Shown piece after piece: positions 11,901-26,900 of a stretch of DNA of 64,000 nucleotides. Source of the DNA: Glaucostegus cemiculus (Eukaryota); contig CDPCPM010000418.1 in assembly GCA_976551045.1 (NCBI GenBank), forward strand, positions 744,001 to 808,000, read 5' to 3'. Position numbers and translations under genes: made by a program. Position 1 is the stretch's first letter; each line of letters starts with the position of its first letter. The notes beneath the pieces were generated by a model that was not told the origin of the DNA, ran no database searches, and saw only the letters and a program-made list of their open reading frames with translations.

Positions 11901-14900
11901 TCACAAATGCCCATTTTACGCCTAATAAAAACGTGCATTGGACACTAATTTCTTCTTCCTTTTGTTTCCATGGTGACTAACCATGAATAATTCCAAGTTA
12001 TTTATTAACCGTATGATCACGTTGGTGTTTGATGCTGCTCCTGATACTGGCCATAGTTATGCTATTTCTCATTACAAGGTAAAGTTAGGAAAGAAGCTTG
12101 GAAAGAAAGGAATATTGAATTGCTTTGACAGTCACTTGTGAAATATTAAACTGGGGGGACAATCTTGAATTAGATAATTGAAGGGTCTTGCAGAATGATT
12201 TTTTTTTACTTGAATGGATATTACTTAAGCTCAGTATGGCCTAAGACTAGACTTAAAATGATTTCATTCTGATGTGAGTAATTCTAACAACTACACTCAT
12301 TCCAAGTGTCCAACTTAGGACTTTAAATAGAAGGAACAATTGTTAACATATGTGCAGGTAGAAAAGGAATTTACTCCATTCTGACTAATGTGTTGCACCT
12401 GCAAATAAAATTTATCATAATTATAAACTGGTTAAACCAGTTTTCAGATATCAAGCTATGAAAGTTATTACATTATTTTTACAAATTTCCCAAGTCCCAA
12501 GGAGAAAAGTTATGTTGCAGATTTCAAATAATAAACAGATCTTAATTATTGATTGATTGATTGTTTTGGGGTTTCAAAGCATTGACAAGAAATTTAGAAG
12601 CAAAAGATAACTAAAAGAAGTTCTTAAGCTACTTAAGACAGCCCTCAACTATCTCAAAGCAGTTCAACTACATTAATTAATCGAAATTTCAATGACCATT
12701 ACTAGCCAGATAAGCACAGCAGTCAATTTGTACAAATCATGAGGTGAATGGCTAGTTAATGGGGCCGATCTTCACTTTGTACATTTACTGTGTGAGAGAT
12801 TAAAAAACATGGCATGTCTCATTTGCAAGAGATGTAAACTAGGCTGTTTGTTTCCTGTTGCCTATTTTTATGTTGCCAACTAGAGCAAAATCTGTATAGT
12901 TAGCAGAAAAGACTACAAGTAGGTTTGAACATTAGAAAGTACTTGGCCTCTTGAATTAGAGACAGGAAATAGACCTCAGACCAACTTAGACCTCAGTTTA
13001 ACATCTCACCCAATGGGCCAAAACTCTAAAAGCCAGCAGTTGCTCTGAATAATGAACCAGGGCATGAACCCATAACTTATGAAAGTAGTGATGTACAACA
13101 AAGTGAAGTCTAGGTATGAGATGAAAAAGATAGATGGAAAACCATTCCAAGCACTACTGGCAAAAAGATGGATCATTCAAGCCAATAAATGTCTTTACTT
13201 CCAAAAGAAATGTTACCCAGAACATAGTTGTTAGAATTACTCACATCAGAATGAAATTGTTTCAAGTGTAGTCTTAGGTCACAGTGAGTTTAAGTAATAT
13301 CCATTCAAGTAAGAAATATCATTCAGCAAAAACCTTCAATTATCTAATTCAAGACTGCCCAAGTTTAATATTTCACAAGTGACTGACAAAGCAATCCAAT
13401 ATTCACCCTTTAGTAAAGCAACCAAAATACTAACAGTGGAATTCTAGTTGTCACGTCACTTTTCATGAGATGAGTAGAATGGGTAAAAATAGTAATTGTG
13501 TCATAGTCTATCTCAAACACAACTATACAGTTACATTGGGTTATTTAATTTTGGACATTCTAGTCTTGTAGGTATCATTGGAAAGGACAGCAGTTATTGT
13601 CTGACTTCAATTGCCCTTAACAAAATAGAGAGAAGCCACTTTCTTGAACTACAGTTGTGGGGAATGTTTATGTGTGGAGTTTAAGGAGATAGAGAGCCTA
13701 ATGACATGGTGTCATGACAATAACCTTTCCCTCAACATCAGCAAAAATGAAAGAGCTGGTCATTGACTTCAGGAAGTGGGGTGGGGCATTACACACAGTT
13801 CTGTTTACATCAACAATGCTGAGGTCGAGAGGGTTGAGAGCTTCAAGTTTCTAGGAGTCCAACCATGTAAACACCACGGCCAAGAAAGCTCACCGGTGCC
13901 TCTACTTCCTCAGGAGACTAAAGAAATTTGGCATGTCCCCTTTGACTCTCACCAATTTTTATTGATGCACCATAAAAAGCATCCTACCCAGATGCATCAC
14001 AGCTTGGCATGGCAACTGCTTTGCCCGTGACCACAAGAAACTGAAGAGAGTTGTGGACACAGCTCAGTGCATCATGAAAACCAGCCTCCCTCCATGGGTT
14101 CTAGCTATACTTCTCACTGCCTTGGTAAAGCAGCCAGCATAATCAAAGACCCCACACACTTCAGACATTCTCTCTTCTCCCCCCTCCCATCAGGCAGAAG
14201 ATGCAAATGCCTTAAAGCACATACCACCAGGCTCAAGCACAGCTTCCATCCTGCTATTATAAGATTATTGAATGGTCCCTTAGTACGATAAGATGGACCC
14301 ATGACCTTACAATCTACCTCATTATGGTCTTGCACCTCATTGTCTGTCTGCACTGCACTTTCTCTGCAACTGTAACACTTTATTCTGCACTCTGTTATTG
14401 TTTTCCGTCATACTACCTCAATGCACTGTTGTAATAAAATGATCTGTATGAACAACATGCAAAGTAAGTTTCTCATTGTACTTCGGTACATGTGACAATA
14501 ATAAACCAATTTACCAAGATTTTCAACCCAATGACTATAAAAAAAAAGCTTTAAATTCATAACTTAGGACATTGTGCAACTTCAAAGGGAACTTGGAGGT
14601 AATGGTCTTCCCAAGTGCCTGTTGCTCCTGACATGGATGATATATAGGTTGGGGAAGTATTATTGAGCAAGGCTTGTTAAGTTCCTGCAGTGAATTTAGT
14701 TGATAGAATTTACAGCTACTGTGCGGTGTTGGCAGGACTGAATGCATTCGGCTGATGGAAGGGATTCCAATCAAGCAAGATGCTTTATCCTGGACCTCCC
14801 AGTGGGCACCATCCAAGAATCAGCCCTCCTGGATGAATCATTCTGACCCAACAGCTAAATGTACACTTTCCAGAAGGAGATTATCAAAGATATCTGCTTG

Positions 14901-17900
14901 ATATTTTATTCCCCTATATTTATCCAGAAGCATTAAGGGCAATCATTATGATTCATAAGCAGCCAGAGTAGAGCTGTCAAGTGGCCATAATCTCAGACCC
15001 AAGGCCCCAGTTGTTTTCTCAGGTGGACGTCAAGAATCCTCTGGTACTACTTAAGAGAAAAGTAACAGGGTCCTTAGTGTCTTGGCCATTATTTATATCT
15101 CAGCAAACATCACCAATGTGGATTTAGTTGCAAGTTCATCCCCTATAATTTGGGTTAAACATACTTTACTATCAATAGTGAATTTCACTCTGCATCTGAA
15201 ATTCTTTTCACTAAGGAGTGAATTTCAAAGACAGTGTAGAATGTAAAGATGTTATTTTATATCATGTTTAGTGTTACCAATGGGGGCTGAATTTCTAGCC
15301 AATTATCTGGTTCTGCATTCTTATTTGTGGGAACTTGCTAAATGCAAATGGCTTTTGGATTTCTTATATTTTAACAGTCACCAATAGTTCATAAATTCTT
15401 TATTGATTATGAAACATTTAAAACTTCCTGAGGTTTTGAACAGCGCTATATAAATGCAAATTCTTTCTTTAATCTAAATGGCTCAGTGTATATGGGATTT
15501 ATAGTCTATAGACGGTGGATCTCTTGTATCAGGCAATAACATTTGTGTTAAACACACAGAATACATGGATTCAATTCTTGGAAGTGTAAATGGAAATGCT
15601 GTGGTCACATTCCCCTAGACTGATAGATGTTCCTACATCTGGAGGCAACCACTGCTAGATTACATACCCTTCCATTCTTTCTTGTCCTGTTACTCTTGCA
15701 AAAATTGGATATTGGTATCACGGGATTGGTCCAAACCCATCATGTTATATCATTCTAAATTAGTATTATATTTCATCCTGTGTTTAGTTAACTTCAAAAT
15801 TGGATCTGTAGTCTGGATTTGGGAAATATAGTATTGTCAGGGTTAAGGTTGCGGCCTGAGGTAATTAAGCTCTGGAATTTTTGGGTTGGGATAATTTTGT
15901 GTTCTGGTTATGCTTTGGGGTTAGGGTCCGAATCCAGCTTAAAGTCTGGTGTAGTTTAGATCACTGTGAAGGTTCAGGTTGGGTGTGGGCAACCCAAAAT
16001 ACCTCCATGCAATTCTCAATATATACACAAACTATTATATGTATATCTCCCTTGAAACTCCATTCAGGTTGTGATTTCTCTGTTGTAATTCCAGTGGGAG
16101 ATCAGTAGACCCCAGATTGGTAACTTTTCCAAGAGAATAACTGCAGAGATATGATCAGTATTCAGGAACACCCTCAAGGAAGTATGAGGAGAGACATGGA
16201 GATCCCAGCCTGGTGAGTCGTCAAATAAAAGCCTCTTTCACTTTAACTGTTTTTTTTTCCTTTAGTGAGGCATTTGGAGAGGCCCATTGAAGACAAAAAC
16301 TCGATACCAACTGGAGGCAATGCACCCACAACTGACTGCAATGCAACTGATGAAAACGTCAGCAGCACAGCTCCAGTCACAGGTTGGTGATATATTCTAC
16401 AGCTGTTTGAAAAGACCAGTTGAATTGGCAAATGCATAGTCAAGGCACTATTTGACCAATACTTGATCTATAGTGATCTCAAGAGGGCCTAAGGTAAGAG
16501 TTTGTCTGCTCCTGGAATTAGATGACTCTTGGTGTAAATTGTATCCTAGACTCAATCAGCTCCTGGAGTTAACCATTTCTGTTTTTAGTCATTCCTGTTG
16601 TCATTTTATTCAAGAGTCAGACTTCAACCATGGTCCACATCCAGATTTAATTTGCACCTGGTATTAGTTTGCGTATAGAGTCGGTCTTCAGCCAGAGATA
16701 GTCTGGTCCTAAAGAATAATCTCCTGGTATTTATCTGTTCCTGCAGTTACATTACTTGTGTAAATCTGCTTCTGGAGTTCATCTGTAATTCTAGTTTGTA
16801 CTCAGAGTTACTCTTCCCTTATAGTCAGTTTACTCTTGGGATTATAGATCTGGTATTAACCTGTGGTAGCCTGCACCTGGAGTTAATGTGTTCTGAGAAT
16901 GTTCCTTCAATGCCCCATTTGAGGAAAGTGATGAAATGGAGCAATTTGCACCCTAACTCAGAAGGTGATGTGATGTCTTCTTGGTTTGTAAATATTTTAC
17001 ATTCAGTTTCTTTCAGAATTAATTCTGGGAACTCGCTATTGGAGATACATAACCAATCGTGGCAAGGCTGGCTTCCTGCATGTGACACCAAGTGGAACTC
17101 CTCGCTGGGTAAACTGATGTGCAGATACATGGGACATATCAAGTATGCTGTACATTCCACACTCAATGCTCACTGAGAACTTTTAATTGTCTTGACAGGG
17201 AGTTAAATCTTTTAACAAAATATCTCAGTATCAATTCATTGGAAAATTACAAGGAAATTGCAGCACGGAAGGTAGTCTTTTGGTCCAGCTGTTCTGTGTC
17301 AGTGTTTTTATCCACAAAATTACCTTCTTTCCAGTCCTGCTTCCCTACATCATTTTTTGTTCATTCAAGGATATAGGCATCAGACATCCCAAAACACGTT
17401 TGAACTAAATGGTTTATGAGGCCATTTCAGAGGCCACTTAAGAGTATCACTACCCTGTTAAAATCCTACCTAGTTATAGAGCCTCGAGTTGCCTTTGCAA
17501 CTTGAATTGCTGTTTTCAGTGGTTAAGCTGGATGGTTATTTTGGTGTGAACTCTGATCTCACTATTCATTTACATTGCAATTGTAAAAAGTGATATTCTT
17601 CGCATGATTTCTGAGTCTGTATCCCTAGATCCCTTTGATCCTCGGCACTATATTTAGACCATTATTGTTTTCATGCTGCAGACAGGATCTCAAAATCCAA
17701 ACAATTGTACTGCTATGATCTGGCCACTTCCAACTTCCGCTGCCAGTTGCCCCATTCATGGGGTTTGGGGAAAGCTCTGCAGTTGAGTGCAAATGAAGTG
17801 TAGACATGCTGCCAGGGACATAATTGGACCTATTGGCATTAGTGGCAGCTTAGGAAGTCTGAGGAAAGGTGCTATCCTAGGGGTAGAAGTGAAGTATCTG

Positions 17901-20900
17901 GCTCAGGGTCATGCTATTCCCTACATAGAATTCGCTCCACCATCACCAAAATAACTAAGCTCGTATCTCTTCATCCTTCTTGTAAGAACAGTTTGTAATC
18001 TTTTTAAATATTGTTATGCTTCTCCTTGGAGCTGATTACATACCCAACCCTGCACTCTGTCCACTTACAGTTGATCCCCATACCCCAATGGTGCGTTTGG
18101 AGCAAGAACTGACCTAACCAGGCAAACCTCCACCAACAACCCCCTGAAGAGTGATCCTTCACCTTGCACTGGGACAGTATGGCAATGATCTCATAAAGAT
18201 CAAGCAGAGGCTAAACAAAGTTGTCTTCAGCCAGAACGCAGGATCAGTTCATCCCAAAGGAGAAGCAGCATTCTGAAGGGAGGATGAAGCAACCGTGGCT
18301 GACGAGGAGAAGTCAAGGACACATAAGAGCAAAAGAGAGGGCATACAACATTGCAAAAATTAGTGGGAAGCTAAAGGATTGGGAAGCTTTTAAAAACCAA
18401 CAGAAGGCAACTGAAAGAGCAATAAGGGGAGAAAAGATGAACTATGAAGGTTAGCTAGCTAATAATATAAAAGAGAATACCAAAAGTTTTTTCAGATATG
18501 GAGAGAGTAAAAGAGAGGCAAGAGACATCAGACTGCTGGACAATGACACTGGAGAAGTAATAATGGGGAACAAAGAAATGGCAGATGGACAGAATAAGTA
18601 TTTCACGTCAGTTCTCTGTGGAGGACACCAGCAACACACCAGAGATTAGAAAGTCGGTGGGCAGAAGCGAATGTAGTCGCCATTACTAAGGAGAAGGTTC
18701 TTGGGAAAGTAAAAGGTCTGAAAGTAAATGAGTCATCTGAACAATATGGACCACACCCAGGGTTGTGAAAGAGGTAACTGAAGAGATTGTGGAGGCATTA
18801 GTAGTGAACTTTCAAGAATCTCTAGATTCATGAATGGTTCTGGAGCACTGGGAAATCACAAATGTCACTCCACGCTTTAAGAAGGGAGGGAGGGAGGCAA
18901 AAGACAGGAAATTATAGGCCAGTTAGCCTGACTTCACTGGTTGGTAAGATGCCAGAGTCCATTATTATGGATGAGGCTTAAGGGTACTTGGAAGCACATG
19001 ATAAAATAGGCTGAAGTCAGCATGGTTTCCTTAAGGGGAAATCTTTGAGGAAGTAACAGGCAGGATAGACAAAGGAGAGTCAGTGGATGTTGTTTACTTG
19101 GATTTTTAGGAAGTCTTTGACAAGATGCCGCACATGAGGCTAATAAACAAGATAGGAGCCCATGGTATTACAAGAAAGGTACTGGCATCAATTGAAGATT
19201 GGCTGACTGGCAGAAAGCAAAGAGTTGGAATAAAGGGGGCCTTTTCTGGTTGGCTGCCGGTAACTAGTGGTGTTCTGCAGGGGTCAGTGTTGGGTCCACT
19301 ACTTTTCACGTTATATGTTAATGATCTGGGTGACAGAATTGAGGACCTTGTGGCCAAGTTTGCAGATGATACGGAGATAGATGGAGGGGCAGGTGGTGTT
19401 GAGGAAGCAGGAGTCTGCAGAAGGACTTGGACAGGTTGGGAGAATGGGCAAAGAAGTGGCAGATTGGTATTGGTTTATTATTGTCACTTGTACCGAGGTA
19501 CAGTGAAAAGCTTGCCTTACAAACCAATCGTACAGGTCAATTCGTTACACAGTGCAGTTACATAGTTAGTACAAAGTACATTGAAGTAGTACAGTAAAAA
19601 CAGTAGCAGTACAGAATAAAGTGTCACAACTACAGAGAAAGTGCAGTGCAATAAGGTGCAAGGTCGCATAAGGTAGAATGTGAGGTTACAGACCATCTCT
19701 ATGACGGAATACAGCATAGGGAAGCGTACAGGAAGGAATAAAGACATAGACTATTTTCTAAATGGGGAGCAAATTCAGAAATCAGAGGTGCAAAGGGACT
19801 TAGGAGTCCTAGTGCAGGATTCCCTAAAGGTTAACTTGCAGGTTGAGTCTGTAGTAAGGAAGGCAAATGCAACATTAGCATTTATTTCAAGAGGACTGGA
19901 ATATAAAAGCAAGGATGTAATTCTGAGGCTTTATAAGGCATTGGTCAGAGCACATTTGGAGTGTTGTGAGCAGTTTTGGGGTCCATATCGAAGGAAGGAT
20001 GTGCTGGCATTGGAGAGGGTCCAGAGGAGCTTTACTAGAATGATCCCAGAAATGAAAGGGTTAATGTATGAGAAGCATTTGATGGCTCTGGGCCTGTACT
20101 CACTGGAGTTTAGAAGGATGAGGGGGATCTCATTGAAACCTACCAAATATTGAAAGGCCTGGATAGAGTGGAGTGGAGAGGATGCTTCCAGTCGTGGAAG
20201 AGTCTAGGATCCGAGGGCACAACCTCAGAAATAGAAGGGCGTCCCTTTAGAACAGAGATGAGAGGAATTTCTTTAGCCAGAGGGTCGTGAATCTGTGGAA
20301 TTCATTGCCACAGACGGCTGTGGAGGCCACGTCATTGTGCATATTTAAAGAAGAGGTTGATAGGTCCTTGATTGGTAAGGGTGTCAAAGTTTACGGGGAG
20401 AAGGCAGGAGAATGGTGGTGAGAGGGAAAAATAAATCATCCATGATCGAGTTGGAAAGGGTCCATAGGAGGTTTACAAGAATGATCACAGGAATGAAAGG
20501 GTTAACATATGAGCAGATTCGATGAGCCAAATGGCCTAATTCTGCTCCTACGTCTTACGGTATTATAGAACTCAATCCATCTATGTACCAGTTATGAGAT
20601 AATCTAAGCAGCCGTGTATCTGGCAATTCTAATAACACAGCTGTGGCATGAAGAAAACTACACAAAATGCAGTAGTTTTATAGGATACCGTTCAGTTACA
20701 GAGTGTTATAAAAAGGGTAATTAATAGTTTGTTGTATGCTACATGCAGAACAGTGTGCATTGTATGGTTTTATATTCAGGAATAAACAGGCAGCTTCACC
20801 TTAGACAGAAAATGTCCAATAGAAGAATAAGTTATCGGATAATGAATAGTCTATAAGGTGCATATACATGATAATGCACAGCCTTTTATATTCAGTATAC

Positions 20901-23900
20901 AGATCAACACACAGCATGATGCATGTCATATAGCTACAAAGTTTCACAGAAATTGCAAACGTATTGATTTAGAAGAGAGAAAAATGTTTAGAGGCAGCCT
21001 AAAATACTTCCACTTTTCCAAAAGAATGCAGCCCCAACAACACTTAAGAAGTGGACACCATTGATGAGGTAGCAAACTGACATCACATTCACCAATTTAA
21101 ACATTTTCTCCCCCCCCCCCCCCAAGAACACTGTGGTTGCACTGTGTACTATCTACAAGAAACACTACACTACCTCACCAAAGCTTCTTCAACAGTACTT
21201 CCCAAACCAGTGACCACTGTGACACCTGGAAGACAAGGACAAAGGATGCATGAAGATGCTTCCATCAGTAGTTTCTCATCCAAATAACATCCCATCCTGA
21301 CCTAGAAATATATCACCATCCTTTCTTCATCCTGAAACCTGACTATGGGAGTCCCTTCACTATAAATAATTGCAATTGATAAAGGTGATTCACCACCATC
21401 TTGTTGAGGGCAGTTAAATATTGACCTTGCCAGTGGTGCCCAAATAATTAACTGTACAAAATGTGAATTTATTCAGCTGGCTGTTGTACATCAGTCTCTG
21501 AGTCTTACAGCAGACATTTCAAATGTTCACTGGGAGAGCTTCAAACAACTTCAGTTTCCAGGGATCAAACAGTAATAATCTGTTGAATGCAAAAGCAAAG
21601 CTGATTTTCATCCAGTGGTGCACACTAAACAGAACAGGAGAAGTAGTAGTTATGGCTGCAGCTACTGGTTATAGCCTGACAAAGCACAGCCAGAGAAATT
21701 TGAATTTTATCATTTGCATTTTATTCCACAGATACCTGAGTTCCGATGTAATTAGTGTGAGTGAGATTGAACGCAATTACACACAGGGATTCGCTGAAAT
21801 TACTAATGCGCAAGACAGCAATTTAGAAAACATCTGGGGCTACAGGTTTGCTATATTTCCTCTGACTTATGCAGCTCTATAATCGCGTGTGTTTCTGCAG
21901 AAAGAAGGAATTGTAAGATATGTTCAGAAAGATAATGTGTTGGACTTGACCTTTTAAGACAGGCTGTCTTGTTGGGCCTTTTCCTAAAAATTCTAGTCTT
22001 CCGTTTTGACTGCCAGCACTAAGGTTCATCTCAATCACCAGTACTTTAAACACAGTGATACATGATACTGTTGGTACGGGAACAGCACAGATTGCTATGA
22101 GGTCCCATAATAAAGAAACAAAACAGAAGATCTCAACCAGAATTCTCAACTGAAGTCAAAATAAAAGATTGACACTTATCTAACATAGAACAGCCCAGGA
22201 ACAGGCCCTTCAGCCCACAATGTTGCACCGAACTAATTAAACTGATCAGAAGCCTACTGAACTAATCTCTTCTGCCCAATATCTACATCCCTCCATTCTT
22301 TGCACATCCATGTGCCTATCTAAGAGCCTCTTAACCACTTCTATCATATCTGCCTCCACCACCACCCCTGGCAGCACATTCCAGGCACCCACCGCTCTGT
22401 GTAAAAAAGCTTCCCCCCACATATCTCCTTTGAACTTACTCACTCTCACCTTAAATTCATATTAGTCATTCACATATTCAGTAAGCACTATATTTTATCC
22501 TATTTATGAAAAACGATATAATGTCAGAACGGCTACGGCCAACTTATTTGACTCCTTCAACTAACAGCATAAAAAGAGTCTGCAACAGGAGTCTGGAACA
22601 GTCACCATAGAAGTTCATCTTTGATGCCTCAAGCTAAACCTGGCTCTATGGAAGTGCCTGTCAATTGTACTCCTCAGCCAATGTGTCAGATCCATTGAAG
22701 TCGATCAGTGCTCTACTAAGGGAAACTGCATTGTTATTTGAATAGGCTGCTAGACTGAGGTTCATCTGCTTTCTCAGATAGAGATAATCCATGCAATTGA
22801 ATGTGACAAGAGCAGTAACGTTCTTTCCCATACCCTGTCCAATACTTATTCCCTAAACATCATCACTAAAACAGATCATCAGGTTATTAACACACCACTG
22901 TGCTTGTGCTGTCACGTTGCCTTCTTTGCAACTGAGACTATCCATCAAAAGTGTCTAACTGTCAAGCAGTTTGGGAAGGGACAGATCTGTAGAAGTGCTT
23001 CAGAAACATTCTTTCTTCTCAAGAAACTTTCTTTGTCCAAAATCACCAGAACAAGAAGATATAAAATACTTTCACCGTCAACTTACTCATTAGTTGTTTT
23101 TGGTGCAAGATATTTCTGCTCCTCATGACATCTTTGTGAAAATAGTTCCTTGTTTTTTTTTGCCAGGGCTAGCTGTACATCTGGAAAAGTAATAAAACTG
23201 AAATGCTCTGGTAAGTGCATCTGCTCAAAATAGAACATTTTCTAATCACTGCTTCCATTCAGTAATCTTAAACTAAGAAACAGGTTTATAGTGCAGGCAA
23301 AGATAATGTTTCAGTTGTTGAACTATCATCTACCAATGCAGACACCCAACACACTGAAGTGACCCTACATTGTAACCCCCCTATCACGATTCTGCATCCA
23401 TTAATTTGATTCACAAGAGGGAGAGCCAGCTTTCAAGCAGTCTCATTAAGAGCCCCATATCACCGTGAACTGGTCAAAGCCCTTGCAAACTCAGAAGAGA
23501 ATTACTGATCATTAAACAATGGGATTTAATAGAAGAGGTCCTTAGCTACATAACACCAACGGTGTCCACATCAGTTAATTTCTGCAGATCCTGGACCTGT
23601 TGTGAGAATTTCCTCAGTTAGAAAAGTCGACTCAGAAAATAGATACATGGATGGAATAAGGCAAAATTTTCTGTACAGGCAACTGTTCAAGCCTACTGTT
23701 AATGCTCCACACAATTCCAATGAATGCCATTCCCATTGTGTTATACTGAGCCTCTCCACATGGTGGCGGAGTGAGTCTGCACACAAACCAATGGTGACGG
23801 CAACACCCAGTATATTTTTGAAAACGAAATCAAGAATTAAAATCATGTTGTGATTTTGCAAACCATTCTTTCTGGGGGGTGCATGTGAAGCTGGAACATC

Positions 23901-26900
23901 TGGGATTGTTCTTAGCCCTGAGAAAGTTAAGGGGAGGCTTAATTCGATTTTTCCAAGCATTTGATAGGATCAGTGAACAAATTTAAAATTGGTCAGAGAG
24001 CAAATTAAAAGAATTATGGAGCCTCCTAAAAATTGGCTGCCCACAAAAAACTGTTATGTCTCATTTTATACTGCGACGTGATGTCATGCAGGTCAACATC
24101 TGAACCAACAGACCCACAACATACCCAATCTCAGTGCAGACTGACTGTACTGAGCAAGACTGCATTACTGCCCCAATAGTTTTCTAAATCTTTCATCACT
24201 TAATGCTCTGTCTCAACTCCAATAAGCTTCCCACTGGTGTAGGGCAAATGCAGGAGAAGTGGGAAACTCTTCAACCAGTGTCACCTCTGTTTTAGAACCA
24301 GTGAAAGAAAATGTCAAGGATGGCTTGGAGCTTGGCTTCTATTCTTCTTCAAGCTTGTCTCCTGGTTTAATGATGCAGGTATTCTTGCATATAAGCACAT
24401 TCAGAGACCAAGCTCCAACTCATCATTCACATTTTTACTGAAGACTCACAACTGGTGTTCTCTACAAACCTGTCTTTACCGTCCAATGGAAAATGTGGAC
24501 CACTTGCCATCAAAAGGCACCTGTCAGAGAAATTCACCATCATTTTCAGTGCTCCAGCATAGCCTTTGGCTTGATGTGCAAAAGGCCAAGACCTCAGAAC
24601 CAGCACTAACCTCGTAGACTGCTGGGCGGCTGTGATCTCCATCTACCTGTATGCTCCTGAGGCATGGATTACCTTCAACAAACCCCAGATCCTCCAATGT
24701 CGTTGATGGGATAAGCAAACCTTCAGCTTCCCCACCCAAGCCAACAACCCCCATTAACATCTCTCAGGCCAACATCCTTGGCAATGAGGCCCTAACTTTA
24801 CTCAATGGACTACCACATCAGTTGCACACACACGATATGCATGAAACAGCCAATCTCCATCAAGACAAGAGAATAACCCAGTGGCCAGAAGAAATAATTC
24901 AAGGATGTTCTCAAAGCTTCATGAAAAATTATGGCATCCCAGTGACTCATGGGAATCTTCACCAGTGACCATCCAAAATGGAGAAGGAACATTCAGGATG
25001 CCTTTGAGAACCTTGTCCACTCATCAGTTCACAATGCAAATGGTGGAAGGAGCAAACCAGATGGTCCCAATGTCTCCTCCCACCGCTCTCATCCAGCACT
25101 TCCTGCCCAGCTGTGACAGAGTCGGCAGGCCCCACGTTTGCCTTATCGTCCCTCCGCAGATCTGGGGTCAAAGTAAAGCATCCTTGACCCTGAAGGATTG
25201 ACTAAGAAGAAGGAGGAAAACTTTCCAAAGCAAATTTAGATAAATATTTGAGGAGGAAAAATTACATAATGTGGAGGAGATTCGTTGGAAAGGCCTTTCG
25301 AGAAACCAACATGGACACAGCGGCCTCCTTCTGTGCATTCTCCAGGCTCTGATGATTCATCATCTAATTTCCCCCTCACTCGAAAGGAAGTAATGAGTTT
25401 CCCCCTCATTGCTCCCCACACCCAGATCCCCTCCCCATTCTGCCTCCCCAGTCAAGAGCATTGTTCCCATGGTCTCCATCATGAACAATCAGCACCCAAA
25501 GCACTTGCCTCACTTCACATCCACCCGCAGTTTAAGTGAAACCTATTGTAACCTATCATTCAATCCCTAACTTTTACTTTACTGTCTTTCTCAATGTGAA
25601 GCGTGTGGGGAGAAGCATGACTTTTCCATGATTGTTGGAGGACAGGAGGCCTCACAGGGGAGCTGGCCCTGGCAGGTCACCCTGTACTATAACTACAAGC
25701 ACACGTGTGGAGGGTCCATCCTTGATCAGTACTGGCTCATTACTGCAGCACACTGCGTACACAGGTAAGTCGACCTTTGATCCACGAGACTGAAGTTCTC
25801 TGAGTAAGCATGTTTCTTCTTATGTATTCTAGAGCAAAGATATTTTAATGATTTAACAGCTGACCCTACAAAATGGCAACCGAAATGAAAATGATTACTG
25901 GAGACCATACCATTGTTAGTGACTGGGGATTGACTTCAGGCACAAATTGTAACCTGTAACTATCCTATAATCTTCATTTTTCTGGTAAAATTATTTTACT
26001 TTTACCTAATTTGAGTCAAGACTCCTGTATATTGTGATTCATTGGATCTCCTTTTTAATGGGACTCTGTTTGCTGTAGTGTCCTGTTTACCGAGTTAGCA
26101 GGCATTATTTGTTGTCAAAAAAGATTGCTCGCTATGAATTCAGTTCTCACTTTGGACACATCAGCTGACATTGTGGTATCAATGGACTATGCAATAGATG
26201 TTGACACAAGAGATTCTGCAGATGCTGGAGGAACTCAGCAGGACAGGCGGCATCTATCGAGAGAAATAAACCATCAACATTTTGGTTTGAGACCCTTCAT
26301 CAGGTTCAATACAGAGATAAGGAGGAATTTCTTTAGCCAGAGGGTGGTGAACCTGTGGAACTCCTTACCACAGAAAGCAGTGGAAGCCAGATCATTGGGG
26401 ATATTCAAGAAGGAAATAGATAGATATCTAATTGATCAAGGGATATGGAGATAAGGCAGGGATTTGGACTTAGAATAGGGTTTTTTTTTCTCTCTTATCC
26501 TCTTTTTCCCCACCCTCCCTTCCCTTTGGAGCAGACTCAATGGGCCGACTGGCCTGCTTCTGCTCCATTATCTTGTGATCTTGTGATCAGGACTCAAAGA
26601 GAAAAATCCACCAAACTACAACAGCACCACCCTAGTCCACAGGTTTGAGAGTATGATTGGGATTAGTGCAGAGAGAGTGGTGGGCAGTGTGTTCAGAGGC
26701 GGTGAGGTTGGAATAGGTAATGGGAGTGGTGAAGTTGAGATGGTTAATATCCCGTTGGCATTTCGGGATGATGAAGAGTATCGACCTAAAACGTCGACTG
26801 TTTATTTCTCTCCATAGATGCTGCCTGACCTGCTGAGTCCCTCCAGCATTTTTGTGTGTGTTGCATGGGATAGTTGTTTGTCTTTGGTCGCTGGTGGTAA

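Noticed and set aside
19125-20153. RT-like ORFs as an active retroelement or a retron-like system
   Set aside because: Frameshifted, stop-containing CR1 relic split by another insertion.
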